Below are positions 16,193 through 24,455 of a DNA stretch of 24,801 nt, in pieces; within the stretch, counting starts at the first letter, position 1; each line of letters starts with the position of its first letter. The stretch is taken from positions 1 through 24,801 of the IMG/VR virus record IMGVR_UViG_3300050195_000104; one strand, given 5' to 3'. The position numbers and the translations under genes were made by a program. The DNA comes from a virus. Lineage: Duplodnaviria > Caudoviricetes. The notes beneath the pieces are model-generated. The model was not told the DNA's origin and ran no database searches. It saw only the letters and a program-made list of their open reading frames with translations.

Positions 16193-16600
16193 ATGGCCGA
16201 CGTAAAAATATCAGCACTACCTGCCGCATCGGCACTCACTGGGGACGAATTACTTCCCATCGTGCAGGGGGGTGTCACTCTGCAAACGAGCGCGCGGGCG
16301 ATCCAGCGCATCCCTGTCAACACTCAGGCGGGCACGACCTACACGCTCGTGGCCGCGGACGCCGGGAAGTTGACGCGCCTCGACGACGCCGCTGCCATCG
16401 CGCTCACTCTTCCGACCGGGGTGTTCACGATCGGGGATGTAGTGCTGGTCCGGCAGGTGGGTGCAGGCCAGGTCACCGCGGCCGGTGGGACGATCAACCT
16501 GCCAACCGGCACCGTGGCCAAAACGCGCACGCAGGGGTCCGTCATCTCGCTGCACTACGTGGCGACGAACACTTGGGACGCCTCCGGAGACCTGGCGTGA
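16193..16600 (+). CDS. Small tail fibre/adaptor protein
   Basis: MADVKISALPAASALTGDELLPIVQGG head followed by TTYTLVAADAGK...QVGAGQVT...W..SGDL module common in phage fibre genes. Confidence 0.7.
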   Translation: MADVKISALPAASALTGDELLPIVQGGVTLQTSARAIQRIPVNTQAGTTYTLVAADAGKLTRLDDAAAIALTLPTGVFTIGDVVLVRQVGAGQVTAAGGTINLPTGTVAKTRTQGSVISLHYVATNTWDASGDLA

Positions 16601-17325
16601 TTCGCGGGATGATCGCGGCGGCAAACAGCCGCCCTAAATCGAATGGTGGGGGAGTGGACCCCTACTGGGCCAACGTAGTGCTACTGCTGCACTTGGACGG
16701 TCCCGCAGGGTTCGCCGACTCCAGCCCGACCGGGGCCGTGCCGACCGCCATCGGGTCGTCGGCTATTTCTACGTCGATAAAGCAATTTGGTGCTGGCAGT
16801 TTATTTGTAGGCGCGTATGAGGCTACTTCCGGAGGCATCACGGTTACCGGTGGGAGTGTCACTTCGTCTTTGGCCTTAGGGACGGGAGACTTCACCGTTG
16901 AACTGGCGGTGCGCCCCGCCCAGCCCCTAACTAGCCTGTTCTGGTCAACCTTAATAGACTTTCAAAAACCAAGCTCGTCAAATAGGCTAATGCTCCAAGC
17001 GGACAGCGCCCGGACACGGGTACTGGTGGATGGTACGGTTAAGCTGACAATAAACTCAACCCTCCCCTCTGCAGTGTGGACCCATGTCGCTATCTCCCGT
17101 ATCGGAGGTACCAGCCGGTTATTTGTCGCGGGGGTATTAGTCGGGTCTTGGGCCGATGCCATAAATTACTCTACCTCGTTCGACCGACCAATTATCGGAG
17201 CACAGGGGTACAGCGCGGGCACCAACCCGCTAGACGGGCACATCGACGAAGTCCGCGTCACCAAGGGGGTGGGTCGCTACCTCACCACGTTCACCCCGCC
17301 CAGCGCCCCTTACCCCAGTTCTTGA
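16597..17325 (+). CDS. LamG/concanavalin-A-like lectin domain virion protein
   Basis: GTGA overlap start; DPYWANVVLLLHLDG, GTGDFTVE, WTHVAISR, LFVAG, GHIDEVRVTKGVGRY..FTPP. Confidence 0.85.
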   Translation: MIRGMIAAANSRPKSNGGGVDPYWANVVLLLHLDGPAGFADSSPTGAVPTAIGSSAISTSIKQFGAGSLFVGAYEATSGGITVTGGSVTSSLALGTGDFTVELAVRPAQPLTSLFWSTLIDFQKPSSSNRLMLQADSARTRVLVDGTVKLTINSTLPSAVWTHVAISRIGGTSRLFVAGVLVGSWADAINYSTSFDRPIIGAQGYSAGTNPLDGHIDEVRVTKGVGRYLTTFTPPSAPYPSS

Positions 17326-17415
17326 CGCAGGGGAGGGCCGCCCATGTGCGGGGGTGGGGTGCGCCAAAGTTGACGCCCGGTTACACTGAGCACACTTGCA
17401 ACTTTGGGGTCTCCC

Positions 17416-17547
17416 ATGATGAACTGCCTGGCACTGGCCTTCTCGCTGGCCTCCCTGGCGCTCTCGGCCGCCGCTTACGTCCGGTCGAAGCCGGCGACCC
17501 CGGCTCCCACCACGGGCACCCGAGGCCTCGGCGGCGGCGGTCGCTGA
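17416..17547 (+). CDS. Small membrane/signal-like peptide, 43 aa
   Basis: MMNCLALAFSLASLALSAAAYVRSKPATPAPTTGTRGLGGGGR; stop abuts the next ATG (TGAATG). Not in the ORF track. Confidence 0.55.
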   Translation: MMNCLALAFSLASLALSAAAYVRSKPATPAPTTGTRGLGGGGR

Positions 17548-17892
17548 ATGCGCACGGCGCTCCTGCTCCTGCTGGTGGCGCTGTGGTACTACGCGCCGGA
17601 CTTGGCGATGCACTGGGACGTGAGCACTCGAATGGCCACGTACCGGGCGAACGGCATCTTCGGCGCGGTCATGTGCCTCCTGGCACGCAACTACGGCCCC
17701 TCGTGGTCGTGGCGTGCGGTCTGCGACATGGCGGCGTTTTTCTTCGTGATGCAGCCAGTGTGCGACATGTACTGGACCCCCGAAGGCGCGCACACCGCGA
17801 GTGTTTGCGACGCGGTTTTTTCTCTGCCCCTCTCCGACATCTGCGGGGCGGGCATCGCGGCAATGGCCGGATGGGTCTACGATCATGGCTGA
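17548..17892 (+). CDS. Multi-pass membrane protein
   Basis: 114 aa with 3-4 hydrophobic segments; coupled to both neighbours. Confidence 0.6.
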   Translation: MRTALLLLLVALWYYAPDLAMHWDVSTRMATYRANGIFGAVMCLLARNYGPSWSWRAVCDMAAFFFVMQPVCDMYWTPEGAHTASVCDAVFSLPLSDICGAGIAAMAGWVYDHG

Positions 17893-18265
17893 AATAGCGT
17901 CGGTGACGGCCGCAACCAGTGGCGGGCTGGTGGCTTCCCTGCTGGTCGGTGCGAGTCCAGACCCCTTGGTGGCAATCACCTGGCTGGTCATCGCGCTCAT
18001 GGGAGCGGTGCTCGGCTTCGGCGTGTCCCCGAAGACCTCCCTGCGCGCCGCGATCGTGCGGGGTCTTGCAGGGGTCGTGACCGGGGCGGTGCTCGGGGAA
18101 CTGGCGGGGGAGGTGTTCAATCTGAGTCGCCTCGGTACCGCTTCGGCTATCATCGCGATCAGCACCTTCCAGCACCTCGCCATCGCGCGACTTGCTGACC
18201 GGGTGGGCAGCATCGTCGATGCCGGTCTCGATCGGGCTGGGGTCAAAGTGGGAACCGAAAAATGA
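17885..18265 (+). CDS. Holin-like membrane protein
   Basis: ATG 17885 (MAEIASV...); three or more hydrophobic segments and a charged C-terminus. Confidence 0.55.
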   Translation: MAEIASVTAATSGGLVASLLVGASPDPLVAITWLVIALMGAVLGFGVSPKTSLRAAIVRGLAGVVTGAVLGELAGEVFNLSRLGTASAIIAISTFQHLAIARLADRVGSIVDAGLDRAGVKVGTEK

Positions 18266-18522
18266 TGTGGATCACTGCAGTCCTGGGGGTTGTTGCGGCG
18301 CTGGTGTACGCCAACCGCCTGCGACGAACATCCTTTGCAGATGACCCGCTCTGCACGCTGGCGCAGATGGCCGGAGGGATAGGGGGGTGCCTGCTGGCAC
18401 TGGCCGCGATGCACGGCGCAGACCTTGCTCCCGTGGTGGTGGCGATGACTCTGCTGTATGGGCACATCGCCGCGACTGGGGTACCATTGCGGCATGGACA
18501 ACAACCTCCCCAACGAATATAG
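18262..18522 (+). CDS. Small membrane protein (holin/antiholin-like)
   Basis: 86 aa, ATGA overlap, Met-Met start, 2-3 hydrophobic segments. Confidence 0.55.
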   Translation: MMWITAVLGVVAALVYANRLRRTSFADDPLCTLAQMAGGIGGCLLALAAMHGADLAPVVVAMTLLYGHIAATGVPLRHGQQPPQRI

Positions 18523-18832
18523 CGCGACCATTCGACGGGGGGCGACCTTCGGCCCGGTCGTATTCACTTTCAGCGGCATCGACCTGACCACCTACACCCT
18601 GACTTCGGGCGTTGGCGCGGCGGATCTGCCCGCCACGGTGGTCAAGAACAACGCAACCCAGGTGACGCTCACGCTTCCTGCCGCCCTCACCGCCCAACTC
18701 GCCTACAGCGTCGGGCCGGGCTTCCGGCAGGGGCGCAATGCCTGGTGGCTGGACGCCACTGCTGCGGACGGCACGCTCGTCCCCCTACTGGGCGGCGTGT
18801 TCGAGGTGCAGACGCGGGGCAACCATGACTGA
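18494..18832 (+). CDS. Virion adaptor protein (BppU N-terminal-like Ig fold)
   Basis: ATG 18494; TIRRGATF...IDLT.YT...VTLTL.A.LT.QL...W.LD...DGT..PLL.G.F.V pattern typical of fibre-anchoring domains. Confidence 0.6.
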   Translation: MDNNLPNEYSATIRRGATFGPVVFTFSGIDLTTYTLTSGVGAADLPATVVKNNATQVTLTLPAALTAQLAYSVGPGFRQGRNAWWLDATAADGTLVPLLGGVFEVQTRGNHD

Positions 18833-21344
18833 CCCCCTGCTGGTCAGCGCCTCCTACGGCGGGATGCGCCCGGCCTTGGTCGGCGCGGCCTACGGCGGGA
18901 TGCGCCCCGATCTGGTCAGCTCGTCCCTACCGGTGTTGACGCCTCCACCGCCCCCTCCCGCCCCGGGCGCCACGATGGACGCGAGCATCCCCGGCACCTG
19001 GACCTACGCGCAGGGCGACGACTTCACCACGGTGCGCCCTCTCTACTCGAACGGCATGGAGCCGGGCGATTTTTGGGACAACGGTGGCGACAGCGGAGAC
19101 TACCTCGGCACCGCCACCACCCACACCATCGAGGGCGGACGGCTGAAGATGTGGCCCCGGATCCACACGCCGGAAAGCCTTGGCTACGACGGGCTCATCT
19201 CCCGGCACCTGACGACGCACTCCGCGTGGAAGACGCCCACGGACAAGCGGTACTACGTGCAGGTGCGGGCCAAGGTGGCCCCGGGCAACGGCCAGTGGAC
19301 GGCAATCTGGCTACGCGGAGACGACCCCACGACGGTCAGTGCGCAGCCCGAGATCGACCTGATGGAAACCGGGCCGGGGGAGTATTACGGCACGAACGGC
19401 ATTCCGTTCCGATTCACGATGACCGCCTGGCGCGATGACGGGATAGTCGACGGAGCACTGCAGGGGCACACGGCGGGCGGCGTTTACGTGCCGGGAACAT
19501 CCTCCACCCTCACGACGGAGTTTCACTCCTGGGCGATTGACGCAAACCCCGCCACGGGTGTTGTGGGGTGCTATTTTGACGGAGTGAAGATCGGAGAGTT
19601 TACCGACATGGCGCGGACGATCGTCCAGCCGATGTACCTGGTGCTCTCCACGAATTACCGAACCGCAGGCATGACTCCCGGCCCCTACTGCATTGGCGCC
19701 CTCGGCGACGTGCAAACCCTGCTGGCGGCCAATGCCCCGTTCGAGATTGAGGACTGGCATTGCTGGACGCAAGCGGTCACGATCCCCGGCCCGGCGCCAT
19801 CGCCATCGCCATCGCCATCGCCATCGCCATCGCCATCGCCATCGCCCACCGGCAGTGACCCTGTCACGACCGCCCTCACGGGCACCCGCACGTTCAACGT
19901 CACGACGGATGCCGAGCTGGACGCGGTTCCGTTCGCCACGCTCGCCGCTGGCGACGTTGTCAACATCCACCACCGCTCGACGCCCTACAAGCGTCTGGTC
20001 CGGATCCACACCAGCGGCACCGAGGCGAATCCGATTGTCGTCAACGGCGTGACGGACAGCAGCGGCAACCGCCCGGTGTTCTCCGGCGACGGTGCGACGG
20101 TGGCAACGGGCTGCCTGTCGATCTTCGACTTCGAGTACCCAAATAGCTGGGTAGACCGGGAAGCGATCGGCCTGATCGCCACCGCCATCGGCGCGGGCGA
20201 CAACTACAACGACCGTCCGAAGTACGTCACGTTCCAGAACCTCGAAGTGCTGGACGTTCGGCTCGGCAAGTCCTACTCCGACGCGGACGGGATCACCCGC
20301 GCGTGGGGCGAGGCCAGCGGCATCCGCGTCCAGGACGGTGCGGATGTGGTGGTGCAAAACTGCGTGATCCACGACTGTGACTACGGCTATTTCACGCAGG
20401 CCAACAACGACGACGCGCTGCACGCCCCGCTGCGCCCGGTGCTGCGCAACTGCCGGATTTACGACAACGGCATGGCGGGCCGTTCGACCGAGCACGGCGT
20501 CTACCTGCAGGGTATTGATCCCCTCGTCGAGGGGAATTACTTCGGGCCGAACCGGGTCGGGTCCGAGGGAAGTTCGTTCAAAAGCCGTAGCGCAAATCTG
20601 GTATTCCGCTACAACTGGGTGGAGGCCAGCGCCCGCGCCATCGACATCGTGCACAGCGAGGACTCCTGGAATGGGGTGCAGGCTGCCGCCGGATACGGTA
20701 TCTCCCACCTCTACGGGAACGTGATCTGCAACGACTGGACCCGCCTCTCGCGCGGCGCCGCATACCCGATCCACCTCGGCGGGGACAACATGGGTGAGGA
20801 TGGCCCGGTCGGAGCGGCTGCAGTCACCGATGCGAGTTTGACGGCCGGCGGGCACCTGCGGGTCTACCAGCACACGATGTACTGCTGGGGCAACACCTTC
20901 ATCTTTCGCTCGGCAAGTGGGCAGACCTACAACGCGTCCTGGTTCGACCTGAGCCTGTCTGGCACTGCCACGCAGCCACGCACCACCGTCTACGAGTGGG
21001 ACAACGCCCTGCTGATGGATGGGACGACCGAGTGGGCGCAGGTGCGGTTCGCTGGCCGGGTGGTGCACGGTGGTGGTACGGTGGCGCAGGTGTCGGGAAC
21101 GCTCAACAACACCCACTGGACCGCGGACGCCTCGCGCTGGAACATTGTCGGCACGCTCACACAGGGGGCGCTCGGCCTGACCGACTACCACGTCACCACC
21201 ACGGCGCCGCGCTCCGGCACCCCGGCGGGCCTCCCGTCTACCTTCCGCAGCGATCTGGCGACGGTATCATCTCAACCGCGCGTGCTGTCCAACGGGATCG
21301 CACCTCGAACCAACCTCAGCGCCATTGGCGCTCTCCAGGACTGA
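18825..21344 (+). CDS. Bimodular carbohydrate-active virion protein: GH16-like domain, Pro/Ser linker, right-handed beta-helix domain
   Basis: ATG 18825; GQWTAIWL and EIDLME (19350-19367, GH16 ExDxxE motif), FHSWAI, YFDG; (PS)8 linker; then AGDVVNI, GTEANPIVV.G, VVQNCVIHD, NCRIYDNG, HGVYLQ, FRYNW beta-helix repeats. Confidence 0.8.
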   Translation: MTDPLLVSASYGGMRPALVGAAYGGMRPDLVSSSLPVLTPPPPPPAPGATMDASIPGTWTYAQGDDFTTVRPLYSNGMEPGDFWDNGGDSGDYLGTATTHTIEGGRLKMWPRIHTPESLGYDGLISRHLTTHSAWKTPTDKRYYVQVRAKVAPGNGQWTAIWLRGDDPTTVSAQPEIDLMETGPGEYYGTNGIPFRFTMTAWRDDGIVDGALQGHTAGGVYVPGTSSTLTTEFHSWAIDANPATGVVGCYFDGVKIGEFTDMARTIVQPMYLVLSTNYRTAGMTPGPYCIGALGDVQTLLAANAPFEIEDWHCWTQAVTIPGPAPSPSPSPSPSPSPSPSPTGSDPVTTALTGTRTFNVTTDAELDAVPFATLAAGDVVNIHHRSTPYKRLVRIHTSGTEANPIVVNGVTDSSGNRPVFSGDGATVATGCLSIFDFEYPNSWVDREAIGLIATAIGAGDNYNDRPKYVTFQNLEVLDVRLGKSYSDADGITRAWGEASGIRVQDGADVVVQNCVIHDCDYGYFTQANNDDALHAPLRPVLRNCRIYDNGMAGRSTEHGVYLQGIDPLVEGNYFGPNRVGSEGSSFKSRSANLVFRYNWVEASARAIDIVHSEDSWNGVQAAAGYGISHLYGNVICNDWTRLSRGAAYPIHLGGDNMGEDGPVGAAAVTDASLTAGGHLRVYQHTMYCWGNTFIFRSASGQTYNASWFDLSLSGTATQPRTTVYEWDNALLMDGTTEWAQVRFAGRVVHGGGTVAQVSGTLNNTHWTADASRWNIVGTLTQGALGLTDYHVTTTAPRSGTPAGLPSTFRSDLATVSSQPRVLSNGIAPRTNLSAIGALQD
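18841..18920 (+). repeat. 36-bp tandem coding repeat (about 2.2 copies)
   Basis: TGGTCAGCGCCTCCTACGGCGGGATGCGCCCGGCCT / TGGTCGGCGCGGCCTACGGCGGGATGCGCCCCGATC / TGGTCAGC, encoding LVxAxYGGMRP twice. Confidence 0.85.
19795..19846 (+). repeat. Perfect hexanucleotide microsatellite (CGCCAT)8
   Basis: Eight exact copies plus CGCC; encodes the Pro-Ser linker. Confidence 0.95.
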
Positions 21345-21348
21345 CACC

Positions 21349-22044
21349 ATGGACCAACTCTATGACACCGAACCCGGACAACCGCGTGTGCCCCTGCGTG
21401 CAACTCCCGAGGGCTACCTCATCGTGCAAAGCGCTGGTGGCGGCGGTGGCGGTGGCACCTCGAACACCACGGAGGCCACGCAACTGCTGGTCAAGGCTGC
21501 TGTGCAGAGCATTGACGCCGACATTGGCACCCCTGCCGATGCGGCAGCGTCGAGCGACACTGGCACGTTCAGCCTGATCGCGCTCATCAAGCGTGGGCTC
21601 GGCAACTGGACCACCCTGCTTGGGCGTATCCCTGCGCTGGTGGGCGGGCGCATCCCGGTGGACACCTCTGGTGCTATCCAGCTCGGGGCTGGCATCGTGT
21701 CAGCCACGACCCAGCGGGTGACGCTAGCCAGCGATGGCCCTGAGGTGACCAACTCCACCGCGATGGTTACGAAGCTAACCTCGGTGGATAACAAGACACC
21801 TGCACTCGTCAATGGCCGCAAACCAGTGGACACGGATCGTGTGGTCAAGCAGGTTATCGATGCCGCCAGCGCCGCAGTGACCTACGTATGCGAGGCAAGC
21901 ACGGTAGGCACTACTACATCGGCGGCAGGGTGGCGCATCAAGCGCATCACGGTATCCGGCACCGTCACCACGATCCAGTGGGGTGGTACGGGAGCGTTCG
22001 ACCAAATCGCGGATAACCGCGCAACTACAGTGGTGTACGCATGA
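21349..22044 (+). CDS. Fibre-like virion structural protein
   Basis: ATG 21349 after AGGA; poly-Gly hinge, G..ADAAA..DTGTFSLIALIKR motif, C-terminal TYVCEA...AAGWRIKRI...W...FD....NR module. Confidence 0.7.
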   Translation: MDQLYDTEPGQPRVPLRATPEGYLIVQSAGGGGGGGTSNTTEATQLLVKAAVQSIDADIGTPADAAASSDTGTFSLIALIKRGLGNWTTLLGRIPALVGGRIPVDTSGAIQLGAGIVSATTQRVTLASDGPEVTNSTAMVTKLTSVDNKTPALVNGRKPVDTDRVVKQVIDAASAAVTYVCEASTVGTTTSAAGWRIKRITVSGTVTTIQWGGTGAFDQIADNRATTVVYA

Positions 22045-23993
22045 CATATCAATTTGATCCAATCCTCGGGCAGGGGCGGGACGGCGCGGTGTCGCTGGCG
22101 GAGCAGCAGAAGGGGTTTGATGCGGGGAGTGCGGCGGCTAAGGCTGCTTTTCAATCCTCGGTGTCAGGGGCTTGCGAATTGCTGCCCTCTGCAGCAGACG
22201 GACCCAAAAACACGGCCCGAATCCAGACTCTGCTGGGCACGGGCGGAGAAGTAGTCGTCACCGGCGTCGGATATATTTCCGGCACGCTGTACGTGCCGAG
22301 CGATACCACGCTGCGCATTGCGCGTGATGCGGTTGTTACCCAAGCGCCCGGCCCGGGTAACATCATGGTTCGCAGCAAAGTCGAGCCGATTTGGCAGGTG
22401 ACGCAACTCACATCGACCGGCATCACTGTGTCCGCCACGATTCCGGGACACAATCTCGTCCCCGGGGAATATGTCGCGGTCGATTGGGCTGCCGAGTATG
22501 GCTACTCCGGCGTCCATCGCGTGCACGCGGTTAACGGAGATGTGGTCACGTATTACGCCTACGAGACCCCGCCCGCAACGACCGCGACCGCCAGCGCAAC
22601 GGCCGCGACCAGCCCTTATTCTGCAGGCAACTATATTCAGGCGAGACGCGCCACAGTTAGGCCCCGAGTTGTGATCGACGGAACGCTCGACTACAACAAT
22701 GCCGGCAATAGCAGTACCCCGGTCGGGATCAACAATTTCGCGGTGATGCTCGATCACGTATACCAACCGCACATTGAGGCGAGTGGCGTTGTCCGCAACG
22801 CGCGGAAATATGCGTTCACGCTCGCGTGTTTTTCAGCCGGCACCAGCGGCCCGATCCACGTAGATACCGATTCCGACGGGCTCCATATTACTGGCCCTGT
22901 CGCGGGCTACTCGCCAAGCGGGCCAATTACAGGGCGATCGTACGACAATATCATCGGCGTCGGTACTGGTGACTACCTTGCGTATCTCATCAGCGAGGGG
23001 AGCGTTATTCAGTGCTCGCTTCCGGACGTGCACGTCGAAAAACACACCGTTGATGCCGTGCGCCTTTTCGGCGCCGACATCTATCCGATGGACGTGCATA
23101 TCGGAAAAATTTCAGGCGCTATGCCCGGTGGCGCTGCCGTCAATCTGCTGCGCGACCTGGTGGTAGTGCCGAACGGCAACGCTTGGTCGCGCAACATTAC
23201 TGTCCAGCACGCCGGCACGTCCGGGACTGCATACCCGGTATCGATCGCGCATCCGCGTGTCGATCGGTTTGTGGCCAACGTCGGCGGTAAATCAAAAACA
23301 ACGCAAGTAAATATCAGCTCAACCGCCACAAACTGCGGGCTAATTGATATCACGTTGACAGATCAGCAACAAACTACGACATCCTCCGCGGTTAGCACCG
23401 TGGCTGGGTCTGTAATCCGGCATCTAATCGTGCGTGGGAGCTGGTCATCCACCATGCAGTCGGCAGCAGTCGTTAATATCGGCGGCGCCGTGACTCGTTG
23501 TGATTTGACTGATTTTACCCTCAATAAAGGGTTCTGTGCAGTCAGGACGCTGGCGGAGGTTGCAAATGATATCGTAATTGGGCTGCGCGGGTTTAGCTGC
23601 ACCGGACCGGCATGCGTCGTAGACTGCGTGCAGGCGTCCGGTACATGCACCGTGCAACTCAACGGCGTGAGTATCAGCACGACCGCCACTGCATTCCGAA
23701 ATTCGTCGGCCGGCACCGGAAAACTGGTACTGTCGGGGAGTGGTGCCACGTATAACCGCGCATCGTCGGCAGAGCGTACGTTATCGCAGTCGATCGAGTG
23801 CTATACGCTCGATGCACCTGTTGATCTGGCAATATTAAGCCGGGTCGGTGGGCAGACGGCGTGGAACTCGAATGCATCGGCGAATAATGGCGCAGACGGC
23901 GCAGTGTGGACGGGCGCATTTGCATGCGTCGGGACCGCCGTTGGCTCGTGGCGTCGGCTGGGAACGGCAGGCGGCGCCGGGAACCAATACTGA
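22041..23993 (+). CDS. Tailspike / putative polysaccharide depolymerase (beta-helix)
   Basis: 650 aa, ATGA overlap; NTARIQ.LL..GG.V.V.G..YIS.TL.VPSDTTL start of a pectate-lyase-like helix; DSDGLHITGP and YDNIIGV motifs; more A/T-ending codons than core genes. Confidence 0.75.
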   Translation: MTYQFDPILGQGRDGAVSLAEQQKGFDAGSAAAKAAFQSSVSGACELLPSAADGPKNTARIQTLLGTGGEVVVTGVGYISGTLYVPSDTTLRIARDAVVTQAPGPGNIMVRSKVEPIWQVTQLTSTGITVSATIPGHNLVPGEYVAVDWAAEYGYSGVHRVHAVNGDVVTYYAYETPPATTATASATAATSPYSAGNYIQARRATVRPRVVIDGTLDYNNAGNSSTPVGINNFAVMLDHVYQPHIEASGVVRNARKYAFTLACFSAGTSGPIHVDTDSDGLHITGPVAGYSPSGPITGRSYDNIIGVGTGDYLAYLISEGSVIQCSLPDVHVEKHTVDAVRLFGADIYPMDVHIGKISGAMPGGAAVNLLRDLVVVPNGNAWSRNITVQHAGTSGTAYPVSIAHPRVDRFVANVGGKSKTTQVNISSTATNCGLIDITLTDQQQTTTSSAVSTVAGSVIRHLIVRGSWSSTMQSAAVVNIGGAVTRCDLTDFTLNKGFCAVRTLAEVANDIVIGLRGFSCTGPACVVDCVQASGTCTVQLNGVSISTTATAFRNSSAGTGKLVLSGSGATYNRASSAERTLSQSIECYTLDAPVDLAILSRVGGQTAWNSNASANNGADGAVWTGAFACVGTAVGSWRRLGTAGGAGNQY

Positions 23994-24119
23994 CCCACCC
24001 CCCTGCCGGTGAGTATTGACTTGTGGCCTACGGGCCATGAGTCATTTTGATTTGGGTCCGCGAGGGGGCACATCCGACCTAGAACCCTCGCGCGTCCCCC
24101 GTGCACCCGCCTGCCCCCT

Positions 24120-24219
24120 CTGCATACGCGCCTGCATACGCGCCTGCGTACGTGCCTGCGTGCGTACGTGCCTGCGTGCGTACGTGCCTGCGTGCGTACG
24201 TGCCTGCGTGCGTGTGCGC
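24120..24219. repeat. Non-coding tandem repeat of alternating purine-pyrimidine units
   Basis: CTGCATACGCGC x2, CTGCGTACGTGC, CTGCGTGCGTACGTGC x3, then degenerate CTGCGTGCGTGTGCGC. Confidence 0.9.
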
Positions 24220-24408
24220 TCGCGGTACGTGTGCGCCCCCGTGCGGTATCGCGGGCGCGTCTGTTTAAAGGGCCGTAGGGGGCCCGGCACGGCGTCAGGC
24301 TACCCACGTAGCCGGGAGGGCGGGATCGGGGCTCTGAGGGGCTGTGGGGGCGTGTGCCGGGGGTGTGTGACGGGCCGGATGGGTCGGCAGTGCGCGCCCT
24401 GTCTCTTT

Positions 24409-24455
24409 CGCCCTCGCTCCCTGCTCCCGGGCCGGCCCGACGCCCTCGCTCCCTG
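24409..24455. repeat. 15-bp direct repeat pair
   Basis: CGCCCTCGCTCCCTG at 24409-24423 and 24441-24455. Confidence 0.85.

Noticed and set aside
16165-16596. N-terminal part of the 386-aa ORF
   Set aside because: Overlaps the 16193..16600 gene out of frame; the LamG gene more plausibly starts at GTG 16597.
17322-17400. TTGACG hexamers at 17322 and 17370 as sigma70 -35 boxes, and G-tracts at 17330-17359
   Set aside because: No -10 box at 16-18 nt spacing; the G4 would need a 12-nt loop and G-runs are expected at this GC content.
10615-23993. Diversity-generating retroelement or invertible tail-fibre switch
   Set aside because: No reverse transcriptase or invertase, and I saw no template/variable repeat pair or flanking inverted repeats in the window.
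24120-24219. CRISPR mini-array
   Set aside because: Units abut with no unique spacers and are too short.
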